A DNA stretch of 60,785 nucleotides, filler included, from Dimorphilus gyrociliatus (Eukaryota; Animalia; Annelida), in assembly GCA_904063045.1 (NCBI GenBank). It is 3 parts of 3 records of this genome, joined end to end, with 100 filler letters (N's around TTAATTAATTAA, not from the genome) between each part and the next. Parts side by side here need not be neighbours in the genome. Positions count along the whole stretch, not along the records: positions 1 to 19,854 come from CAJFCJ010000193.1; 2 more parts are not named here. One strand, given 5' to 3'. The translations under genes were made by a program, and so were the position numbers. The notes beneath the pieces were generated by a model, which had not been told where the DNA came from, searched no databases, and saw only the letters and a program-made list of their open reading frames with translations. Every line of letters starts with the position of its first letter. The stretch's first letter is position 1. Below, piece by piece: positions 1-12,145 of this stretch.

Positions 1-916
1 GAAAAACAGATGATCAGATGGTATTCTTTCAAAAGGAAAGTTTCGTCTGTAAAAGGAAGAGTATGATTTTTTGCATACTGGTTCTGGTTTTTGTGGTTTT
101 TGTGCATTTGATAAGAAATTCTTTGGCTTTTTTGACATTGTGATTTCTTCAACTCGAATTTGCACTATGTTCATTGATGATATTCTGGATTTGAATTGAG
201 GATTATTGAAAGCATCTTTCATATATTCTATCATTTCATCCTTTTTAATGAGTTTGTTGGTTAAAGTAGGAAAATTAAGGTTGAAAAAGGCGTCTATGCT
301 GCCGTTTTTAAATTTGAATTGATCAATATGATTAATGGAACGATATTCTTTCTTTTTCGATGAATTCAATATATCAACCATAAATTGTGTAATTTGTCGT
401 TCATATATTGAAAATGTTGCAGATTTTTCATTCGATAATTCAGCGGGAAAGCTTTTATTTATCTTCATTTCCATGGAAACAACAGCTAATAAAATCAACA
501 TTTTTTTATTGTGAATACATTTTAAAGATAACAATAAACAACTAACTTATGGATGTTGTATCGTCTATTTTAATTTTCTCTTTATCATCTGTTGGAAAAC
601 GAAAATGGAAATTGGACAGTGTGAAAACTATAGTATTTGTTTTATGTAATATTTCTAGGTCATAACCTGTGTTTCTAAGACCAAATCCAAGGGCAATACT
701 AATTCCAACGGCGAAAACGATTATTAGCAAAATTATCCTTACTATTTTTTTATCGAAAAAGGCCTCAACTTTACTTGGCTCTGATATTATCAGATCGGTA
801 GAAGTCTCTGTAACAGTTGTTTGATGTATAGTTTTCCGCGAAGTAGAGGCCTCAGGTTGGGCTTGGTTGTGTCTGCTTTCCTGTAATAGATTGTATGATA
901 AATTCACTACATGCAT
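1..916 (-). CDS. Type II transmembrane protein with SEA domain (partial, runs off the left edge of the window)
   Basis: ORF 542-916 gives a cytoplasmic N-tail plus a hydrophobic anchor (IVRIILLIIVFAVGISIALGFG). A 61-nt GT-AG phase-1 intron (486-546) joins it to an open exon 485->1 reading TVVSMEMKINKSFPAELSNEKSATF...QFKFKNGSIDAFFNLNF, which has the SEA pattern including the F-x-x-G-S-I/V autoproteolysis motif. Confidence 0.75.
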
Positions 917-1955
917 TTATTTAAAAAAATATAGGACTTTTTTTAAAAACTACGTTCTTAGGTTTAATAGGCTTTTTAATATTTTTGCAATAATATTCTA
1001 TGATAGAATCTAGTTTTATAGATACTGTCTATATTGTATAAATTTTATATAAAGTAAGTATCCCAGCTTTTTCGGCACGATGAAAGGCCTAGAGACATCG
1101 AATTGTTTTTAATATATAATCCTTATTATACTTTAAAAGACAGTCGCTGTTAACATATTTTATTGGTATCTACAAGTATTAGTATACGGAAGGTGTATTC
1201 CTGCATGTTATTGTTAAATACCGTTATAATAAGCATCATTAATTATTATACCTGATTGTTGTCCATATCAGCGATCACGTCTTGAATGGGACTGATAGAA
1301 TCGTGAAAATGTGGTATATTTAATATTACGCTGTTTGAATAATAGTCCTAAGCATACGACTTTTTTTTACCCTTTTCATTTTATTTATTCTGCTATATTT
1401 GGAAAGAATGAATCATAAATATAGAATATTTAATATAGGCTTGTTCTTTTCCCTTGATGCATTGAACGTATTATCTAACTGTCTAGTACTTTAACGTTAT
1501 AATTATCATTTAAAATCATTTATTCATAATATAGAATGATACATTTCGGTCGTCTCTTTTTCAATGTTTGCTCTTTATAAATTTTTATTATGTACTCTGA
1601 TTCATCGTTCAATTTGTTTGAATGCCTAACTGGCACTTAATGAATAATTTTACACGACTTTTGGGCAGGCGGTAAATGATTCAAATCATCTTTATCGTGA
1701 TAAATAAAGTTGTTCATCTATTTCTTATACTTAGAAAGTAGTGTTTTCTTATTATTACTAAATACCGATAATGGACTAATTTACAAAAATAATTCATTAG
1801 TTTAAAAGTTTTTTGTTAATACTACTCTGTTACATAGTATTGAATTTTGTTGGGTAGACATTTAGTCCATGAATATCGTTTGAAAAGTATATACAGTACT
1901 CAAACTTACGATACTGATAAGTGAAGGATTAGTTATATATTTCTAATAAAGAATT

Positions 1956-4900
1956 ATGAAATATTTACTAATTTACTACCTCTTTCTTATGTTAAAAGTT
2001 TGTCAGTATAATTTCTATATGTTTTTCTCTTCTCCGTTCCTCTTTCCTTAATAATTTAGTTTATATATTCTTTTTAAAGATAATTGTTATTCCGATGAAT
2101 TTATTGGTGTGTTTGATATCTTATCTAAAATTTATGATACTAGTATCTCCGGAGAATTCTTAGCTATTCAAGGAGAAGCTAAATGCAAGTAAGTTTTGAA
2201 CAATGTTTTCCGGTTGTAATTTATGCTTAAAACGTCTGTTTTTGTTTAAAGATTATCAGCTGTTGATCCTGAAGATAAAATAACATACATTACAGATTTA
2301 GGGAATGAATTTGATATGAGCGTAATACAGAATAATGAAAAACAAAGATTTCGCATAGAAATAATTGATTTAGAAGAAAGAGAAGAATATGATATTGATT
2401 TAATTATTATATGTAGAACAGCTAATAAGGAGAAAACATTTAAGAAAACTGTGTCGTTTTTCGGTAATAAAAACGGTAAATATAGTCCAGATTTTTCAAA
2501 AAATTTGATGTTTAATTATGAATAATCAACTACTATAGAATATAGAAGAGATATATTTAAGTTTAAAGTTAGGTATTATGCCTTAGTCAATCATGGTAAA
2601 AATATAACTTTTGCATTTGACTACACTTCAGGCTATGCTAATTGCAGGTAAAGCGTTTTAAATAAGGGTAAAGAGAATCTTTTTATATATGTATGCATAC
2701 TTTCTCTTTAGTATGACGGCCGATGATAGTAAACTATCATTTTTCTATGAAGATTACATAATATTTCGGAATATATCGGAAAATTACTTCTTTAATATAG
2801 ACACATCTGAATTTGTACTCTTGAATGATACTAACATTCTATTTAAGCTAAACTGTAAAGATTTGAATTTTGATGTTGTTAAAGAATATCAATTTCCAGT
2901 TTGGTTTATAAAAGGTTTATAGTGAAAAGATATAACTGTATAAAAGTTAAGATAAGATATGTCATTTTATAGATGAAGAATCTTCAAAGGCTGAAAGAGA
3001 CTTAATTGTAAATTATGATCCTAGAATGACTTCTGAAGAAGATCAAATAATTGAAATATATCAACGTCATTGTAGATGTCAGTGAGTAGTTTTCAATTTA
3101 TACGTTCAATATCATATTTTGAATTTGAACACTATTTAATACAGAGCATCTGTTTCGCCCACAATCACCTTATTAGGGAACAAACCACGTACAATTGACA
3201 GAAGTTTGTATCTGTGTCTTATATTTTCTTTATTAAATAAAACAACTATTAAAATTTACTTTCAGCCAATGGAATCCTTTTAAGGAGTGATAAAATGTTG
3301 GATAAAGATCAGTTGGTAATGCTAAGCCTTAAATGTATTGAAGTAGATACAGAAAGAGAGTTTGAGGTAGAGATTATACTATCATTTGTTTATGAAGCTC
3401 CTACAGGTATATTATATACAGTCCCAATAAAAAATCTTGAGCAGGGTTGTGCTTAAAGTGGAAAGAGGGAAATATTTACCTAAAAGGACTTGCTTAATTA
3501 TTATTTTTTGTTTAGAATGAAGGATAAGACATTTATACAACTGAATTTAAAGATAAAATTCATTTAAACATTTTTTTTACTTTCCAGTAGTTTTTATTGA
3601 CAAATTTTTGCAAAAATGAAGGAGGTAAAATTTCTGGCAGGATGCCTGTTCCTGGCAAAAAGTTACATGTTAATTAGATAGAAACCCACTTTTTTTATTT
3701 TTATGACATTCCTGAGTACTGTCAGACTATTCTTCGGAACAAATCATTACAAAACTTTTAAAATGGGTAAAATAAGCCTAGAAATGCGTGAAAAAATTGT
3801 CAAACTGGACAGAAGAGGGTTAAGCCAAGTAAAGATTTCCAAAGAGTTAAAAATTGCTCGCAGTACTATTCAGTACAATCTAAACAAGAAAGCAGAACAT
3901 CTTACTATGGAGGACAGACCCAGGTCTGGCCGCCCCAAAAAGATTTCAGAAGTAGACAAGAGAAATCTTATTGTGATTCAAAACAAGAATCCTTTTTATA
4001 CTGCCAGACAAGCTTATAGCCAATGGGCCATAGCAGATAAGGTGAGTTTATCTTCTGCTAAGAAGATATTAATTAATAACGAATTAAAAAGCTATGTGGC
4101 AAAAGTAAAACCTTTGACAAAATTGGGGCATCGAAAAAAGAGAATTGTCTTTGCTAAAAAAACACTTAAAAAAGAGGAGGATGAGCTTAATAGTTACATT
4201 TTTTCCAATGAAACAACATTTGACCTGTTTCCTAAACAGAAAGTCAGAGTCAGATGTAAACGGGAGGATAAAGACAAGCCAAGAAACACCAGGAGCAGTT
4301 TTAAGACCCAAGACTGTAAGCTGATGATCTGGGGAGCCATCAAATATGATAGTTCCAGAGCTCTGGCATATTGCTCTGAATCAATGGACTCAGAGAAATA
4401 TATCTCAACCTTAAAAGAGCATCTACTTCCTGTTTATAAGATGGAGAACATCTTTCAACAGGACGGAGCATGATGCCACACCTTCAAAATATCTAAATCT
4501 TTTTAAGACGAAACAAGATAAAGTATCTAAAATACTGGCCTGCCCAGAGTCCAGACTTGAATATCATTGAGAATCTCTGGTCAGTGCTCAAACAAATTCC
4601 AAAAATCTGGAGGATTTGAAAGCAATTATAGAAGAGGAATATTTTTTTATTTCTGAAGACTATATAAAACATTTATATAGCTCCATAAAAAAGAGATGCC
4701 GTCTTGTCATCCAAAATAAAGGGTATGCAATAAATTATTAAGTGAAGTTGAAATTTTTACATTATTTTAAATACCTGCCAGAAATTTTACCTCCTTAATT
4801 TTTGCAAAAATTTGTCAATAAAAACTACTGGAAAGTAAAAAAAATGTTTAAATGAATTTTATCTTTAAATTCAGTTGTATAAATGTCTTATCCTTCATTC

Positions 4901-5457
4901 TAAACAAAAAATAATAATTAAGCAAGTCCTTTTAGGTAAATATTTCCCTCTTTCCACTTTAAGCACAACCGTGCCCAAAGTTTGTCCAATTTAATGAAAG
5001 GCTTAATATTTCATATAAAAAAGATGACTTTGTTGGTGGTTTTTTCGTACCAATGAGAAGTTCAGAAGAGTATATTGATGGTAATTTCGTATCAATTAAA
5101 GGAAGAGCCTATTGCAAGTGAGAGAAGATAGAGATTTTTCTCTTTCTTTATCAATATATCAGTAATATTTAATAATTTGTTTATAAAGACTTTCTACAAG
5201 TTTACATAATGGTATAAAAGAATTAAGAGGAATGAATAAAAATTATCTAATAGACGCCGACAATATAAATGGAATAAAATTTAGTTTCGATCGAAAGAAT
5301 ATTACAAATATGGATTTTAATTTCATATTAAATCTAACAGCAAATTGCCAATTAGATAATAAGACGATGATATATGAAAAAACAATTAATTTCTATAGGA
5401 AAGAAGGTTAAACTATCAATTTTGTTTTTATTTTATTATTATTTAAATTATCTCTTT

Positions 5458-5495
<38 letters not shown>

Positions 5496-6463
5496 ATCAA
5501 ATATTCAAATTCAGTTTGAAATATCCTTTAGTAGTTTATCAAAGTGATATTATACATTTTGAAATTATTCAGAAGGAAGGAGACGGAAAATGCAGGTAAT
5601 TGTTTTACTTTTGTCTAAAAACCAACAAGTTTTATTGAAATGATAACTTTAAATAGATTATTATTAAATGAAGAGAAATTATTAATAACTATTGAAACTG
5701 TTCCAACTGAATTTCCTTATTTATATCATTTTATTGCAAATTTAACAAATGTTGAAAAATTGAATGGAAAAAATGTTGAATTTACTCTAACATGCAAAGA
5801 TTTATATAATGGAGATGTTAAAGATTATCATCTATTTGTACAAATATTTAATAACAATGGTATAAAGGAATAATATTGTATTTTAAATTTAACATTGTTT
5901 TCTTACCCAAAGAATACGATTTATCGACTAACGAAATATTATTTTCAACGATTTTTGATCCAAATATGATATTGGATGAAGATCATATTATAGAGATATC
6001 TCGATTTGGCAATCAATTCTCCCAATGCAAGTAAACATTTTACTTAACCTTTGCTAAAATTTTCTCAAGTTCTATATTATATTTAATATATAATGTATTT
6101 ATCAAAATTTAGAACAAGTGTTTCACCCGCAATACTACTCCGTGGAAATGATACAAACTACAAAATAGGTTAATAGATAAATAGATACAAACGTCTTTTG
6201 CATAAATTATTAATTTTTTATATTAAATAGAACGTAATTTTCTCCTATTGAAGAATGATAACGTATTAGATAGCGACAAAGTTGTCACTCTAACAACATC
6301 TTGTACGGAAGCGGAAACGAGCAAGAAAATTAAAACATTTATTAAACTGTTGACGAATGGTCGTCAGTTAGAATTTCCTAGTTGCGCAAACTCTAATTAT
6401 TTATTGCTAAAACAAGCATTTATATGGTTTTCAATGATCTTAGTATATATTAGCATTTTATAA
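1956..6463 (+). CDS. Secreted, probably GPI-anchored protein (about 681 aa, 15 exons) of six degenerate cadherin-like two-Cys modules arranged as a duplicated triplet
   Basis: Exons 1956-2005, 2060-2188, 2252-2475, 2539-2647, 2712-2914, 2973-3081, 3145-3203, 3266-3406, 5024-5117, 5189-5406, 5496-5595, 5657-5859, 5913-6030, 6113-6168 and 6231-6463 join in consistent phase through GT-AG introns (the exon-1 donor is the least certain). Signal-like start MKYLLIYYLFL; hydrophobic end AFIWFSMILVYISIL*. Paralogous exons: GEFLAIQGEAKC vs GNFVSIKGRAYC, LNCKDLNFDVVKEY vs LTCKDLYNGDVKDY, ASVSPTITLLGN vs TSVSPAILLRGN, LDKDQLVMLSLKC vs LDSDKVVTLTTSC. The cadherin resemblance is inference. Confidence 0.75.
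3419..4970 (+). mobile_element. Tc1/mariner DNA transposon inserted in intron 3407-5023
   Basis: Left end TA|CAGT at 3417-3422. 197-bp inverted repeats at 3445-3641 and 4774-4970 with one mismatch seen. The right terminal tip and the TA duplication are missing or degenerate. Confidence 0.9.
3763..4741 (+). pseudogene. Tc1 transposase, disrupted
   Basis: MGKISLEMREKIV...RSGRPKK HTH/NLS, Tc1 motifs MIWGAI, FQQDGA and DLNIIENLW. The first catalytic Asp is replaced (FSNET), there is a TGA stop right after QQDGA (4471-4473), and frameshifts follow. Confidence 0.88.
5462..5489. repeat. (CT)n microsatellite
   Basis: Direct reading; lies in the polypyrimidine tract just before the AG acceptor at 5494-5495. 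Confidence 0.95.
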
Positions 6464-7987
6464 TTGTTAAAATATACTTCTATATACCTATTTGTAGATA
6501 TATCTTGTAAACACTATCAGAAATGAATAGAAAAGAGTAAAGCATATTTGGTTCAATAGAACTTTTGAATCTATCACAAGTGTTGTACTCAATCAATTTT
6601 TAATTGAATTAATTCCATTCTAAAGTATAATTTATATTATAATGATAGAAATTATGAAAAGAAAAATCACCTTTCTCTTCTCTTCTTTATAGATATCTAT
6701 AGATTTATTTTAACTTGTTATCGCTCACCTAATAAAATCGATTCAAAAGAAATTGAATCTATTCCAACGTTTGAACAAAAACAACAAATTATTAATTAAA
6801 AATATTAATATTTTAGATGAAAAAAAAAAGCTTTAAAAGTTTACTAATTACACTTCTACAGTCAACGTTAAGCATATTTATACTATTATTAACGTTAGAA
6901 GAGAATTAGTACTAAAGTATATATGGAATGCAACGAAACTGAATAAAATGGACTCTTAGTATAGAAATTTTTATGGTTTATTGACTTAACTAAATGTAAA
7001 ATATCTTTGTTCAAAAAAGAAAATACGTTCAACGATTGAAATGGATACAATAATTTTTATTATATTTTAACATATCATTTTCATTTTATATACTACAAGT
7101 CTAGATAGTTTAAAGGTAAGCCGTTTTTAAAAAAAAACATCTGTTAAGTGCACTGAACCTTGAGAATGTGAACTTGACATAAAAACTAAATTTTGTCAGT
7201 TAGGCCTAATAATAAATATAGAAGTATTTCAATTTACTATAAGTCATATATCATATATACAGTATTGTATATAATTTAAGCAGCTTGTATAATTTTTCAA
7301 CTATTCTCTTGTAGAAAGTTGAAAAACTGTGTTACTTTTAGGAACTATATAAATCGGATATAGACTTCCTTCTTTCACTTTTATACAATACATTATATGT
7401 TGTTACTAAGCAATTAAATTACCTTACGAAAAGAAAGGAATTTTTATGTTTATTTTCTTTTAAAAAACTAAACGCAAGTTGTCCTTTCTTCATACTTTTT
7501 AGAAGTAAGAAAAAGCAGTCTATAGTAAGGTTTTATTATAGTAATAATATACTGTACTTTTACAAACTTTGATACAATATTACAAAAATCAATTAGAGAC
7601 TTTTTTCTTTTATAAAAATTCATCATATTTGCAAAATAGGATATTAGATTATGGATCATTAAGTTTATTTTATAGGTCAAAGGAAAATAAATATTATCGG
7701 TTTGATAATAATTAATTATTTATTAATAAATAGTTGTGTTGTTCTTGCTTTGAAACTTTATACATCTTTTATTGAATATAACTATTTATTAAGACTATTT
7801 TCCAAGTATGAAAAACAGATTATATACGTAATTTTTCATATTAATCTTATTGAAAATAAATAAAGAAGAAGGCAATTTTTAGACAACTTTTGATTTATAA
7901 TCGATAATTGTTACCTTGGTTATTAATAAATATTAAGGAAATTATTATAAATAGCTAAAGTTTTAGTCTTCAAACACACTTTCTAAA

Positions 7988-8968
7988 ATGATTCTCTTTA
8001 CTATTTTACTTAATATCCTTTTGTATCATGTACAATGCGAAAAAGTTTATAAAGCTTGTAATATGGCTTTATTCTTTAATCAAGGCTTATCAGGTAACTA
8101 TAAGATACAACCAATACCTGATGGTTCAATTTCCGACGTTTATTGCGAACTACTTAATAATACCATTGGTATGACGAAGTTAGATCATAACGCCGAAATT
8201 TCAAATAAGATAACTGGATTTGAACTTGAAGATGCTTTCACTAAAACAATTCAATATGAGAATTTTAACAAACAAGAACTAAAAAAGTTCTTAGAGGGAA
8301 CAACGACGTGTTCGCAAGGTATGAAATATAAAAATAAAGGAGCGAGCGTCTATTATCAAAGATTTAAATTTTTCGACGGTACTTTAATGAAAATAAATGA
8401 AGCTCCCGACAAAATTTGCAAATGTTTCATTAGACAAAATTGCGATGATACGTCCAATTCAAATTCCTTGTGTAAAGTCGACGGTCAAACTGACGAAAAG
8501 ATTGACGAAGGAGAATTTTCAGTTAAACCAAAAAGATTACCGGTTGATACAATCTACGTTGGCGATACGGGAAGTTCAACAGAATATGTTGTAATAGAAA
8601 TTTGGAAATTAACTTGTTATTTTAATATGCCATCTTATAATCTAATCAGGCCTACATACAACTATTGTAACGTAAATTTGAAAGTACTACACGATAATAA
8701 TTCTAGTTCGTGTATTAACGTCGATAAACATTCTATTCATTTTAAACTTAATGCTGAAGTATTCAATCAAGATATACAACTAATTACATCGGATGTGGAA
8801 TTATGCGTACGCGGTGACGTAATGGTATATGGAAAAGTTGGTAATGGAATTTTATCTTGTACAAGAAAAATTGATTGTACATTTCATTGTAAAAATCTTA
8901 ACGAAGTTATATTCAGTATATTCAACAATGAAAAACTCTTTCAAGTATGCGAAGTTTTATTTATATAA
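7988..8968 (+). CDS. Secreted single-exon protein with a Caspr/neurexin-IV-type fibrinogen-like domain plus a degenerate C-terminal beta domain
   Basis: 326-aa ORF with signal peptide. Motifs SGNYKIQP..DVYCEL, CSQGMKYK, CKCFIRQNC...LCKVDG, DEGEF and RLPVDTIYVGDTG match the Caspr/axotactin fibrinogen-like module. Confidence 0.72.
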   Translation: MILFTILLNILLYHVQCEKVYKACNMALFFNQGLSGNYKIQPIPDGSISDVYCELLNNTIGMTKLDHNAEISNKITGFELEDAFTKTIQYENFNKQELKKFLEGTTTCSQGMKYKNKGASVYYQRFKFFDGTLMKINEAPDKICKCFIRQNCDDTSNSNSLCKVDGQTDEKIDEGEFSVKPKRLPVDTIYVGDTGSSTEYVVIEIWKLTCYFNMPSYNLIRPTYNYCNVNLKVLHDNNSSSCINVDKHSIHFKLNAEVFNQDIQLITSDVELCVRGDVMVYGKVGNGILSCTRKIDCTFHCKNLNEVIFSIFNNEKLFQVCEVLFI

Positions 8969-9291
8969 ATAAAATTCGTTTATTGCATAATATAAGCCTA
9001 CTTAATTTAAATAATTTATCGAGTTAAATAGTAGTCAACAATATTCTAGTACTTTTCCTCAGTTTCTAGAACCTTTGCCTCATCATACTACTTCTTAATA
9101 TTGAAAAAACATCACACATACACCCACTCTACAGTAGCTATTTACAAAAAAGTATTCTTCAAACATTTCTACTTTCGATACTTATGATTCATTATGTCAA
9201 TTATCACTATATATATATATACGACATAGCAATCGGCATTTATTCTCGAGAAGCCAGAAACGCTGCTAAATCATAGAATTATATTAATAAT

Positions 9292-9465
9292 ATGAATCCC
9301 AACAATCTTTTAAATCCGAATCAGAATGCTGATAATACCGATTTATTATGTATGTCAACTTTGCAGTTGAAATGGAAATGCGTTCATTGTCTTAAAGAGA
9401 AAATTTCCAGTCTTGAACAGAGTATAACAGAGAATTATGAAAAAAATGAACAAATGGTAAAATGA
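9292..9465 (+). CDS. Short ORF or exon similar to part of the 10326-10802 ORF (W-x-C-x-H-C plus amphipathic helix); unknown product
   Basis: MNPNNLL...KWKCVHCLKEKISSLEQSITENYEKNEQM aligns by eye with TKWACIHCLTITVNNLQESLAEYFYLNQRL; both are followed by a GTAA donor-like site. Confidence 0.35.
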   Translation: MNPNNLLNPNQNADNTDLLCMSTLQLKWKCVHCLKEKISSLEQSITENYEKNEQMVK

Positions 9466-10325
9466 TATTAATAATTAATTTTTAATGAAGAAAATTGGAA
9501 TATTTTTTACTTTTAACTTTCTTTTGCTATTTCTTTCAAATGTAGAAAGATGAATTGAAATTTTGGAGGGAAAAAACACCAAAAGAGGTAAATTATAATA
9601 GATTACATATAATTTACTATATTTAAAAATATTAATTAACAGGAATTTATGATTGCTTGTCCAGAAATACTGCAAAATGGTAACACCAACGAAAACTTAA
9701 AGTAATATTACTTTTGTCATTTTAATATATATTGTATATTGTTTGCGGAAGACAAATGTACATTTACCCAGCAAACATTAGATATAGTTTTCTAACGGAA
9801 CGCAGTTCTTCCATATTTAGATAATTGTATGTAATCTCCTCTCAATAATTTAATATTATCAATTATACTAAGGTTTATCAAATATGCTTGTATTCTATTT
9901 AAATTTTCTATATGGAAAGGTGTTTAATCTCTTTATAAGCTGTCAGTACTATTAGGTATTTCATGCTAATTCAACTTATCATTGTTAACAAATACATTAT
10001 AAACTTTCCAAATATTTTATGATATCAAAAGTCGACATCTTTTTCTTTAGCCTTGAAGGTAAACTTAACTCTCGGAATAGAAGCAACGTATTGATATTAA
10101 CAACTATTATTATTTAAAACTGTTTACAACCATCAATAACGAATGAAAAAGTGTGGCAAATTTGGGGCAAACCGTCTAAAAAGCATATTCTGTCTAATGT
10201 GTGTTGGACACATGAACCCTATACGAACTTTATCGTAACGAATTGTTCGAAAGTTAAGTGTATGAGATGAGTTCACTAAACTTTAACAGTACGCTATAGT
10301 CGAACCATACTCTTTTATTACCAGA

Positions 10326-10802
10326 GTGGTTGGCTTTCATTTGCTATTTTTTATTAGGTTTGAGGAATGTCATTCAACTGGAATAACAGATAAAGAACTT
10401 AGGGACAAAATCGTAAAAGTTAGTTCGTTAGTAAATGATCGAAAGGCAGGCGTAAATCAGAGTTGGTCAAAGCCACCAACCGGTTGGGATTTATCAATAC
10501 TTTACTTTGATCCTAACAATCCACCACCAAGTATACAAAAAGAACACAAAGTGCAAATGTACAATGGTCTTGTGCGTCTTCTCAACAAAAAGAAACATCG
10601 AAATGTAGTTGAAGATAGAGAGATAATATGCCAGGAAAATAAAAAAACCAAATGGGCTTGTATTCACTGTTTGACTATAACAGTCAATAATCTTCAAGAA
10701 AGCTTAGCAGAATATTTCTATTTAAATCAGAGACTTGTAATATGTACATTTTATGAGCAAACTAAGCTAATTTTAATCTTTCTTTCTCTTTTCATCAACT
10801 AA
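10326..10802 (+). CDS. Internal exon of an uncharacterised multi-exon gene
   Basis: Long open frame with an acceptor-like TTATTAG near 10357 and a donor-like GTAAT near 10737; a further phase-compatible candidate exon lies near 10807-10899. No start codon defined and no family recognised. Confidence 0.4.
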   Translation: MVGFHLLFFIRFEECHSTGITDKELRDKIVKVSSLVNDRKAGVNQSWSKPPTGWDLSILYFDPNNPPPSIQKEHKVQMYNGLVRLLNKKKHRNVVEDREIICQENKKTKWACIHCLTITVNNLQESLAEYFYLNQRLVICTFYEQTKLILIFLSLFIN

Positions 10803-11467
10803 TTAGGAACAGGAATTAAAACTTCGTAAAGACTGGCTACTACTGGATACTGAGACATTTTTGAATGAATTCGCCAAAGAGAACCCTGACATTGAGAAGG
10901 TAAGAAAATGGTAATAAAATATATTTAGTTTTTGCTCTCAATTCTAGACATTTGTTATTTAGTAGCCTGCAAGCCAAAGTTTATGACTACTTCCAGTCAG
11001 TGAGTACAATTCGCAACTAACGATTGATCATTAAAAAAACGTATCATAATAAAGAATTTTTCTCTCTGAAGATGATATTTGGAAGATTATGGAAGTTTGA
11101 ATTGAAATCAATGTAGAATCATCAACAGAAAATGAATGTCAAAATTTTGTGATAAAGTTTCACACGACACAGATAAACATAGCTTTTCATTTCTAAAAAA
11201 ATCTTCCCTTTTAACGCTTTTATCTTTTTATAATACGAAAATTATATTAATAATATGCAGTATACTCTATATATATACAGTATATATATATATATTTATA
11301 TATTAGTATATACCATTGTATACATATATAGATAATAAAGGTTCTATGAAGTAGAGCAATCAAAAATAAAGATTTCCACAGGAAAATTTACTTTAAGGAC
11401 TACAGTTTATTGTATATATTTTTATTGAAAAACTTTATTAATTTCATACTTTACTAACATAGATACA

Positions 11468-12145
11468 GTAACTATATTCAATAAACAAATAATTCATTGA
11501 ATTTAACTTGAAACAAACAATAATTTAATAGAGAAGTAGTTGAAGTTACGCCAAACATTCCTCTACCACGAACTCTTAATATGACTTCATTTCAAGACGT
11601 CTAGTTCTTTTCGTAACCAAAAATTGCATCTGAGAAATATCATTTTCAATTCTCCATGGTAAAAACTCAAAAGAGAAAATCAACACCACAATTGCCTGGT
11701 GAGCTACATCTTCTGGATCTCAATACAAACAAGAAATCACTTCCAAATATGGGATGAACTACACTAGTGATTGTACAAGTTAATTCAACAGGAGAAGTGT
11801 ATTTATAAAGTTATTGAATTTGATCAGTTATTTCTCTGCTCTTGATTCTGACCTCCAAAATTTATTTGTACTGCTGAGTCATGATGTTGATGATTATTGA
11901 ATATAACTGGAGTGTCACCTGGACATTTTGATTGACTTGAATCTACTCAGATTGAGTATCGACAACCTTTTAGTTTAACAGTAAAGAATAATCCTGGGGG
12001 ACATTGTTGAGAGAAAGGATTTTCATTCACACAGTGATAGTATAAATTACAAAAAAGTAGGATTAGAGAATGTACCATGGGTTGTGGATACTCATTGAGC
12101 GGATATTGAAATTAATTTCAATAAGGAAGTGGCATTATTGGGCTG
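11468..12145 (-). pseudogene. Deletion-collapsed copy of the CBM14-TSP1-C1q gene at 13448-15374
   Basis: Blocks match 13410-13540, about 13965-14020, about 14180-14375 and about 15003-15280 in the same order and orientation, with stops and the intervening segments missing. Confidence 0.85.

Noticed and set aside
1000-1950. Possible extra cadherin-like exons upstream of the modular gene
   Set aside because: One short segment (IVVHISDH) looked cadherin-like, but frames are interrupted and no consistent splice path exists; the gene already has a signal-peptide start at 1956.
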